A stretch of 22,536 nt of DNA from Candidatus Heimdallarchaeota archaeon (GTDB lineage Archaea > Asgardarchaeota > Heimdallarchaeia > Heimdallarchaeales > Kariarchaeaceae): contig WAKA01000004.1 of assembly GCA_015523565.1 (NCBI GenBank), positions 1-22,536 on the forward strand, written 5' to 3'. The position numbers were made by a program, and so were the translations under genes. Below, piece by piece: positions 15,638 through 22,536 of the stretch (positions are counted from its first letter, which is position 1; each line of letters begins with the position of its first letter). The notes beneath the pieces were generated by a model. It saw nothing but the letters and a program-made list of their open reading frames with translations. It was not told where the DNA came from and searched no databases.

Positions 15638-16486
15638 TTGAAAGCATTGGTGACCACCATCCAAGGGGATTTCGCCCATTTCAGGGTTCCTGAAACCACA
15701 CGGGAAAACTTGAGCTATCCATTCCCACCAAAAACTGCAATCATCGGAATGTTTGCCGCCACTTTAGGAATTCAAAAAAATGAATATTGGGACGAAAACC
15801 ACCCTTTGCAATCACTAAAGGTCGCCTTGGAAATCATCAACCCCTTGAAAAGAACTTTTATGAAAGTCAATTACATCAGAGTAAAGGAAATAATCAACAT
15901 TACAAGAGGAACAAAAATTTTCTTGCCTGAAGACCCTTTTGCCACAGAACTTATTGAATTAAAAGGAAAGGAATACAAGAAAAAGAAAGACTTCTCAAAA
16001 TATAAAATGGGAATGAATGCACCCTTCAAAATGAACATGATGAAGGACGTCGCCTATAGGATATATGCAACAACAGACAACAAGGAACTATATGATGAAC
16101 TGAAACAAAGATTCATTGACAGGAAATTCACTTTCCCGCCATATCTGGGACATGCAAACCTGTTGGCACACTGGGTTTATGAAGGGGAATACGAAATAAA
16201 ACCAATCTACGAAATGGATAAAATCGAATGCCATTCAATCGTTCCCTTCTCAGCTTTGGATATGCAACGGGAAACATACGACCTGTCGGGAATCCCTGTC
16301 ATTTATAATGTCCCAATGACCATGAAAGCGGTCAATCCCAAGAAAAAGATTTCAATCTGGAACATGATCGTCGACAAAACAGATTCAGTATTCCTTGTCA
16401 GACCAGATGAACCTTTTGTCGGATATTTCAAGAAGGGACATGCATATACTGTCAAGGATATTGAAAAAACCATTACCTTCCTATAG
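15638..16486 (+). CDS. cas5: CRISPR-associated Cas5 (type I-B)
   Basis: GDFAHFR.P......SYPFPPKTAIIGMFAA.LG, DV.YRIY, F.PYLG. TTG start preceded by AAGGAGGT. Confidence 0.93.
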   Translation: MKALVTTIQGDFAHFRVPETTRENLSYPFPPKTAIIGMFAATLGIQKNEYWDENHPLQSLKVALEIINPLKRTFMKVNYIRVKEIINITRGTKIFLPEDPFATELIELKGKEYKKKKDFSKYKMGMNAPFKMNMMKDVAYRIYATTDNKELYDELKQRFIDRKFTFPPYLGHANLLAHWVYEGEYEIKPIYEMDKIECHSIVPFSALDMQRETYDLSGIPVIYNVPMTMKAVNPKKKISIWNMIVDKTDSVFLVRPDEPFVGYFKKGHAYTVKDIEKTITFL

Positions 16487-19054
16487 GTGAACCATTTGGA
16501 AGAGTCCAAATTACATGACTTCCCCTATGGAAAAATACTTTGGGCAAGACCAGACCAACCATTGGAACAGCATCTATCCAGCTTGAGAAAAAATATCCAC
16601 AAATATAAATTCAAGATTCCATTTTTCCAATTGCCCTCAGATGCATTGGGAATCCAAAGTGATGAGACAATCCACCTGCCACATTGGCTGGTTATGGACT
16701 TGATGAGCATCCTTGTCGCCTGCCATGATTTCGGGAAGTTGTCCCCGCATTTCCAATATAAAATCATCGGCAACAAACTCCCAAAGCAGCAAATCGCATT
16801 AAGCTACCATACAAAGACCAGCGGGTTTTTCGCCTATTACCTCTTGGACGAATATTTCCATCAGTACAAGAAGGAAATCGTGAATAATTTGCCAGACAGC
16901 AGGATATTCAAAATCATCAGGGACACCTTCACAGCAAGTATAACCTATTCAATCATCAACCACCATACACCAAAACTGAGCACAACATTGGGTGAAAAAA
17001 TCGAACTTGAAAATGAAACACTCATAACCATTGCATTGCTGGTCAACCATGTCTATCCACAAAAGTTCATTGTCGACATCCCAAATGAAGTGCACAATAA
17101 AGAGTCATCAGTGGCAGAACTGCTGCAAGCCGCATTGAAATTGTCGAAACCAGCAGAACACATCATTGAGAAGGCACTTGAAAGACTTAAAGAACTAGTA
17201 GACCCAATTGATTTGGAAATCACACTTGAAACAACAGATATCAGGGAGATGGATACCAATTGGCTTTATGACCTTTATGACGAACTGGAAGAATTGTGGG
17301 AACAAACACAGGAAAAACCCTTGCTCTTCAATGCATTCCTTTTCATGCATTCCATGCTTGGAAACCTGGATGAATGGGATGCCCGAACATTCCACCAAAA
17401 TTCCGACCAGCATGACGACGAATTTGATTGGGACTATAACTGTTTCATGCCTTTTGACTCAGTTGACAGATTTAGGATCAAAAAGTTTGGATCAATCAAT
17501 AACCATGATGAACGATCCGCAAGAATAATTTCGCTCAGAAACAACCTCTATGAAAATGTCAGGGACACATCCATTCCTGACAACCCATCTGCATTCATAA
17601 TCGAGGCACCGACAGGAGCCGCTAAAACATTGGCAATGATAAATCTCGCCCTTAAACTCGCAAAAAAGCAACACGGACAGACAGGTAAAACCCCCCGCAT
17701 CATCTACGCCCTTCCGTTCGTGTCAATCACCGATCAAGTGGGAGAAGTAATCAAAGAGGTATTGAAGCAAAACAACATTTCCACTAAAAACCTGATCGTC
17801 CACCACCAGTACTCTGAATTCCCAGAATATGTGTTCGAACCCATGTTTGACGAGGACAAGGAAGAGGTCACAATTACACGGGCATTAACTGCAACTAAAC
17901 TATGGCATGCACCCATTATTGCAACAACATTCGTCTCACTCATGAACACCATATTTTCAGGAGTAAAAAGATCAATCCTAAGATTCCATAGGATTGCAGG
18001 ATCAATCATCATCCTCGATGAGGTGCAGTCAATTCCGCCAAGGCATTGGGAAATCGTGTCAATGACCCTAGACCATCTAATAAGGCATTTCAACAGCAAT
18101 ATCATCATCGGGTCCGCCACCAATCCAAAACCGCTCTCAAATTCAATCAGGAACACCGTGAAAATAAAGCCAGACACAAAACCATTGCAAATGGTCAACA
18201 GGTATACACTGAAAATAGAACATCAACCCCAGACAATCGATCAATTCATAGAAAGATTTTCAGAACCCGTAACCACAATGATCGTTGTCAACACAAGAAA
18301 ATCCTGCAGGACAATCTATGACAACCTGATCAAGAAATTCCCTGAAAACCATGTATTCCTCCTGTCAACTTGGCTAAGACCTATTGACAGAAAAAGAACA
18401 ATCAAGACCATCCAGCAAAGACTGAAACACAATTTGACCACAATCCTCGTCACCACACAGGTTGTTGAGGCAGGAGTGGACCTAAGTTTTGATACAGTCT
18501 ACAGGGATTTTGCACCCCTCGATTCAATAATCCAAGTCGCAGGAAGATGCAACAGGAATTTCGAAAGGGAAATGGGAACCGTAAACCTCATCAACCTCGT
18601 AAATGAAAACAACAGCCCATTTGCACCGTTAATCTATGACAAGGTCTCACTGGAAGCAACTAAGGAACTACTTGAAAATGTCACTGAATTGGATGAACTG
18701 GAACTCAGAAAATTAACCCACAGGTATTACAGCAACATTGCTCAAAGAAGAGTCACATCAAAGGCACTCAAGGAAAGAATGATAACAGACATTCCAAAAC
18801 TGAGCCAGACATTCAAGCTTATCGAGGAAAGACCACAAACAAGCCTTGCCATTGTCCCCAAACGCTACCTCCAAATACTGAACTTCCAAAGGAAAACAAC
18901 AATAAAAGTCCTTAACCTTTTCACAATTGCAATAAGCCATAATGACCTGAAAAACATCAAGCACAAAAAGAGAAAAATCTCAGGAACAGAGGTGCGAATC
19001 ACCACAATAGAGGAATGCGACAACTATAGCAAAAAAGCAGGCTTGTCCGTCTAG
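16487..19054 (+). CDS. cas3: CRISPR-associated Cas3 (HD nuclease fused to SF2 helicase)
   Basis: HD domain L.QHL, CHDFGK, INHH, LD..DA. Helicase APTGAAKT, IIYALPF.SITDQ, ILDEVQ, SAT, VVNT, TQVVEAGVD.SFD, APLDSIIQ.AGRCNR. Confidence 0.96.
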   Translation: MNHLEESKLHDFPYGKILWARPDQPLEQHLSSLRKNIHKYKFKIPFFQLPSDALGIQSDETIHLPHWLVMDLMSILVACHDFGKLSPHFQYKIIGNKLPKQQIALSYHTKTSGFFAYYLLDEYFHQYKKEIVNNLPDSRIFKIIRDTFTASITYSIINHHTPKLSTTLGEKIELENETLITIALLVNHVYPQKFIVDIPNEVHNKESSVAELLQAALKLSKPAEHIIEKALERLKELVDPIDLEITLETTDIREMDTNWLYDLYDELEELWEQTQEKPLLFNAFLFMHSMLGNLDEWDARTFHQNSDQHDDEFDWDYNCFMPFDSVDRFRIKKFGSINNHDERSARIISLRNNLYENVRDTSIPDNPSAFIIEAPTGAAKTLAMINLALKLAKKQHGQTGKTPRIIYALPFVSITDQVGEVIKEVLKQNNISTKNLIVHHQYSEFPEYVFEPMFDEDKEEVTITRALTATKLWHAPIIATTFVSLMNTIFSGVKRSILRFHRIAGSIIILDEVQSIPPRHWEIVSMTLDHLIRHFNSNIIIGSATNPKPLSNSIRNTVKIKPDTKPLQMVNRYTLKIEHQPQTIDQFIERFSEPVTTMIVVNTRKSCRTIYDNLIKKFPENHVFLLSTWLRPIDRKRTIKTIQQRLKHNLTTILVTTQVVEAGVDLSFDTVYRDFAPLDSIIQVAGRCNRNFEREMGTVNLINLVNENNSPFAPLIYDKVSLEATKELLENVTELDELELRKLTHRYYSNIAQRRVTSKALKERMITDIPKLSQTFKLIEERPQTSLAIVPKRYLQILNFQRKTTIKVLNLFTIAISHNDLKNIKHKKRKISGTEVRITTIEECDNYSKKAGLSV

Positions 19055-19059
19055 ACATT

Positions 19060-19923
19060 TCAGAGCATATGAACCATGGTTTTACGCAAAAATACCCTGT
19101 CAAAGTCAAAACGCCCCAAACCCGCGGAACGCCCTCGTCCAACACCAGTCAAGAACCCCAATTTCAGTAAATGAAACATGATTTCGGCGGCATCCGCACT
19201 GTCCGCACCAAGCTTGACCAACCCAACCCAACCCTTATGAACCTGATCCTTGCCCGTATGAACTGTAATGATGGAACCCTTGGCATAGTGCAAACTAACA
19301 TGGTCATGCATGTATTTGACAGTGCTCTCCTCGTCAATTGCATTGTCAGGATACCAAACATTCCAGATGGACACCAAATTGGGAAAAATATACTTGGGAT
19401 CAGGCCATACAAAGAAACTGGAACCAGTACTGAAAGAAACAGGAGTCTGGAAACGAATGGCAACAGGATTTCCCAATTTTACCCCACCAAGCCTCGTGAT
19501 ATCAAAAGGAACCAATTGCAATGGCTCAAGAACCAAACCATCGTATTCTGCCCTCCAATTGCCTGAAAATACCTTCGGAATGACACTTGAAAGGGAATCA
19601 TTGCAGGTTGCCACATCCATGTACACAATCTCCCCCTCTTGCAATCCCGAATCCTTCGATCGCCTTCTCATCGGTGCACCAAAAGCAGTCCGCATCCTGT
19701 TGAGCAGGTCATTGCCAGACGAAGAAGGAAAATGAACCTTGCCAAATTGAGTCAACGAATAATCCAAGATCCCCTCCTGATCATGGACATCTTTCGCCAA
19801 ATGAGAATCATAGGCATCCAATGCCTTGAAAAACATGCCACGAGCCATGGCTCCCGAAAAACGGGGAATGGTTCCAAATGCCGCAGTCCTGAAAAACAAC
19901 CTGAAGTACTTGACTTCTCCCAC
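19060..19923 (-). CDS. cas6: CRISPR-associated endoribonuclease Cas6
   Basis: C-terminal Gly-rich loop GVGRGRSAGLG, RFQTPVSF, PDP..IF.NL...WN, GW.G.V, and an N-terminal A..VHD......YSL. Convergent with cas3. Confidence 0.9.
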   Translation of the reverse strand: MGEVKYFRLFFRTAAFGTIPRFSGAMARGMFFKALDAYDSHLAKDVHDQEGILDYSLTQFGKVHFPSSSGNDLLNRMRTAFGAPMRRRSKDSGLQEGEIVYMDVATCNDSLSSVIPKVFSGNWRAEYDGLVLEPLQLVPFDITRLGGVKLGNPVAIRFQTPVSFSTGSSFFVWPDPKYIFPNLVSIWNVWYPDNAIDEESTVKYMHDHVSLHYAKGSIITVHTGKDQVHKGWVGLVKLGADSADAAEIMFHLLKLGFLTGVGRGRSAGLGRFDFDRVFLRKTMVHML

Positions 19924-20205
19924 AACCTACATGGATACATCCCGTTTATTTCACTTTGCATTTCAAATTGCCGTTTCGCGTAACTATCAAAAACAATGGA
20001 AATCAGCCCAAGGGATTTCGGTATCACCAATCAGCCGAAATCAATGGTTTTAGCAACTGAATTTTTAGACCAGACAATCACCATCACCATCAAACAACCT
20101 GAATTGAAGCCATAAACAACCTCAGTTAACCTGAGAAACCAGCATAATCGACAATCCCTGATAGAAGTAACAACCACTGTTCATGATTAACAAAAACCTT
20201 TGAGA

Positions 20206-20225
20206 TTTGTCAACATATTGACAAA
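20206..20225. promoter_or_regulatory. Perfect inverted repeat TTTGTCAA-N4-TTGACAAA; candidate transcription-factor operator
   Basis: Seen directly in the intergenic region between the divergent cas6 and 20264 ORFs. Confidence 0.45.
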
Positions 20226-20263
20226 AAAAAGGATTTATTAACAAAAAAAGGAATACAGTTATA

Positions 20264-20710
20264 GTGATTACCAATTATTTTACAGGAAACTGTTTTTTCA
20301 TAATATTCTGTAAGAGAGACAACAGTGTCCACAGTATATTCCGTTGCAACAATTACCTGACAAAAAAGCAGGTCATGAAGCTTATTGTCAAACTTTACAA
20401 TAGGTTCAAGGAATCATCGCATACACGAATTGGTTACAGCAAAATAGAAAAGTGGACCATTTATTACCTCCATCACAAATATTGGTTTTTTGCAATCATT
20501 TCAGTGATTTCCAACATCGAAGAACAAATGAAGAAAATATATGGTCTAGTTCCATTGATTGAGCCTGTTCTAGATCAAGCTGAATTCGATTGGGAAAAAA
20601 TCAGGGCACTTTTTCCATTGAACCCAGAACCGTGCAGTGAATGCAAAAGCATATGCAACCCCAATCAGAACACATTTATCAAATTAAACCAAGACGTTTT
20701 AGAGTTGTAA
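20264..20710 (+). CDS. Hypothetical protein, possibly longin-like fold, with a C-terminal CxxCxxxC motif
   Basis: 148-aa ORF with a GTG start filling the gap between cas6 and ubiA. The hydrophobic pattern suggests beta-beta-alpha-beta-beta-beta-alpha. The start is uncertain. Confidence 0.5.
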   Translation: MITNYFTGNCFFIIFCKRDNSVHSIFRCNNYLTKKQVMKLIVKLYNRFKESSHTRIGYSKIEKWTIYYLHHKYWFFAIISVISNIEEQMKKIYGLVPLIEPVLDQAEFDWEKIRALFPLNPEPCSECKSICNPNQNTFIKLNQDVLEL

Positions 20711-20744
20711 TGCCACACTAGTCACCACCAATTCATTGAAGCCT

Positions 20745-21719
20745 TCAAATCCCCAAAGGGTTTGTCAATGCCTCCCACCATCGGATTTCCCCAAGTCTCC
20801 CATCACTCCAAAGATATGCAAGATAACTGACTGCCCATGCAAACATGACCCCTGCAACCATCAGTGGCCGGGAAATCAAAAACCCTGCAATCAGGGAATA
20901 ACATGCAATCTTTACGCCATGGAATGCCGCATGTTGCAATGCATGTATCCCCAATGCATCAAGAAGGAGGTAAATAACCCAGCCTACAGCCGCAAAAATA
21001 GACAGGAATATCCAAAACACAGCAGGAAGAGCAATGATAAGCGATAGGTACGCCATGGAAACAGCAAAAACAGCAAGAATGAGTTTACGCGTATTCCCAA
21101 TGCCATAACGGACAGGAAAAGTCCTGACATTGCCCTTCAAATCCATGGGATAATCCCTGAGATCCCCCGCAATATGGGAGAAAAGGTCAAGAAGCCCAAC
21201 AAACAACGCAACCAAATATTGATGCCAATATCCAAAATAAGATGCCACAACCAGATAAAATGTCATCCCTGAAAATGTCCGGAACAAATATGTGAGAAAC
21301 GTGTACCGCTGGTGCTTGAAGTAGCCATAAAGAAGCCCGCAGACAATCATTGCCTCCAGCCAACCAAGGGTGACTAGCGAAGAGCTGAACGCAATCGCAT
21401 TCATCACGACCAATATCGACACAAGAAATATCGGGACGTATTTCGGGGAAACATATCCCGAAGTGAAAAGCCTATCCCGCCCCATCTCGGCATCCTCATC
21501 CCTGTGCATCCAATCGTTGAGACCAAAAAGGAAAGGCATCAAAAGGAACAGCATCAGCCATGCCATGAGAATTTCAAGAGGGGAGGGGGAAATACCGTTC
21601 AATGAGATCACCATCAAGACAATGACCATCTGGTGTATGATGTGAAAAGGCCTGACAAGGAGCAGGGACTGCCTGAACGGGAAATGACGGATGTTCCTGC
21701 TTGTAACCGCAAAATTCAT
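20745..21719 (-). CDS. UbiA-family prenyltransferase
   Basis: LVRP near the N-terminus, a first Asp-rich motif NDWMHRDED....R.R....G, a second motif DLRDYPMDLKGNVRTFPVRYG, and many TM helices. The ATG at 21719 is chosen because the longer ORF (21863) starts inside the terminal CRISPR repeat. Confidence 0.85.
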   Translation of the reverse strand: MNFAVTSRNIRHFPFRQSLLLVRPFHIIHQMVIVLMVISLNGISPSPLEILMAWLMLFLLMPFLFGLNDWMHRDEDAEMGRDRLFTSGYVSPKYVPIFLVSILVVMNAIAFSSSLVTLGWLEAMIVCGLLYGYFKHQRYTFLTYLFRTFSGMTFYLVVASYFGYWHQYLVALFVGLLDLFSHIAGDLRDYPMDLKGNVRTFPVRYGIGNTRKLILAVFAVSMAYLSLIIALPAVFWIFLSIFAAVGWVIYLLLDALGIHALQHAAFHGVKIACYSLIAGFLISRPLMVAGVMFAWAVSYLAYLWSDGRLGEIRWWEALTNPLGI

Positions 21720-21851
21720 TGCAACAACAAAGCAAGTTAGATTTTTAAAAAAAGGGAACAATGAAGGAAAAAAACATGACTGAGAAAAAATTTGCACTTG
21801 CAACCTTACGGCAATTCTAGAAAAGCAGTTCATTGGCGTCAGAGGATGGGA

Positions 21852-22536
21852 AAACCAATCCAATTTCTAGGTTTTAGAGCTTCGCGACAGAACTCGACAG
21901 AACTCGACAAAAGTGTTTCAATCCTATTTCTAGGTTTTAGAGCTTCGCGACTTAAAGCAACCTTTGGTTTATTATTCATTTGATGAAGAGTTTCAATCCT
22001 ATTTCTAGGTTTTAGAGCTTCGCGACCACAGCAACCATACATCCATTATCTGTCAACGGCTTGTGTTTCAATCCTATTTCTAGGTTTTAGAGCTTCGCGA
22101 CTGACAAACGAACATGAACTGTACATCACATTCCATCTATTTCAATCCTATTTCTAGGTTTTAGAGCTTCGCGACTATGCCTGCGAGCACCTGGTTATAT
22201 ATCCAGGTGCATAATTTCAATCCTATTTCTAGGTTTTAGAGCTTCGCGACGCGTTTTTGACCGCTGATATCAATTATGGCGGAACAGAATTTCAATCCTA
22301 TTTCTAGGTTTTAGAGCTTCGCGACGTTAATGTAAGAAGGGATGTATCGGAAAACCACCCAGTTTCAATCCTATTTCTAGGTTTTAGAGCTTCGCGACTA
22401 AGAAGGAAGAAGCAGTATTACAGGAAATCTAAAAGTTTCAATCCTATTTCTAGGTTTTAGAGCTTCGCGACTTTATATTAGTAACAATAATAGTCATAAC
22501 TATTTGTTGTTTCAATCCTATTTCTAGGTTTTAGAG
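21852..22536 (-). CRISPR. CRISPR array (trailer end): 37-bp repeat GTCGCGAAGCTCTAAAACCTAGAAATAGGATTGAAAC (minus strand), 10 repeats and 9 spacers visible, continuing beyond the window
   Basis: Repeats start at 21852 (degenerate), 21915, 21990, 22065, 22139, 22214, 22289, 22362, 22435 and 22509 (truncated). Spacers are 26, 38, 38, 37, 38, 38, 36, 36 and 37 bp. Orientation comes from the ATTGAAAC 3' end, the CCTA-GAAA-TAGG hairpin just before the 8-nt handle, and the degenerate repeat at the left end. Confidence 0.99.

Noticed and set aside
21720-21863. 48-aa N-terminal extension of the UbiA ORF
   Set aside because: It begins within the degenerate CRISPR repeat and crosses AT-rich intergenic-like sequence. 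The ATG at 21719 gives a typical family length.
21934-21944. The repeat contains GTTTTAGAGCT, identical to the start of the S. pyogenes Cas9 repeat/sgRNA scaffold
   Set aside because: It is internal and on the strand opposite to the inferred transcript. There is no cas9 or tracrRNA, and the ATTGAAAC end with cas6/7/5/3 indicates class 1. Treated as coincidence.
21889-22508. Self-targeting spacers
   Set aside because: By eye no spacer matches the window beyond short A/G-rich similarity (spacer 8 versus about 6322-6335). A genome-wide search was not possible.

Overview
Archaeal chromosomal window, most likely from an Asgard archaeon (inferred from eukaryote-like domains; taxonomy cannot be proven from sequence alone). 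The left part opens inside the RNA polymerase largest-subunit A''/Rpo1C coding region. That region carries an unusual in-frame tandem amplification of the helical module before the trigger loop (2 x 210 bp plus 78-bp units) and a 457-aa intein with a decayed LAGLIDADG domain. It is followed directly by uS12. Next come several eukaryotic-signature-like genes: a UEV/coiled-coil/Vps23-Vps37-type ESCRT-I-like protein, a beta-CASP nuclease with a long N-extension, a coiled-coil/Pro-Thr-rich protein, a PAP2 phosphatase, an Arf-like pseudo-GTPase and a membrane FKBP with a Zn finger. A Nop2/Nip7-like pair, a membrane protein, an archaeosortase-family protein and a PadR regulator follow. The right part is a type I-B-like CRISPR-Cas effector locus (cas8b, a separately encoded in-frame cas11-like gene, cas7, cas5, cas3, convergent cas6; no cas1/2/4 in view). 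It ends with a possible longin-like gene, a UbiA prenyltransferase and the trailer end of a CRISPR array with 37-bp repeats that runs off the window. All calls come from motif recognition by eye; no database searches were run.
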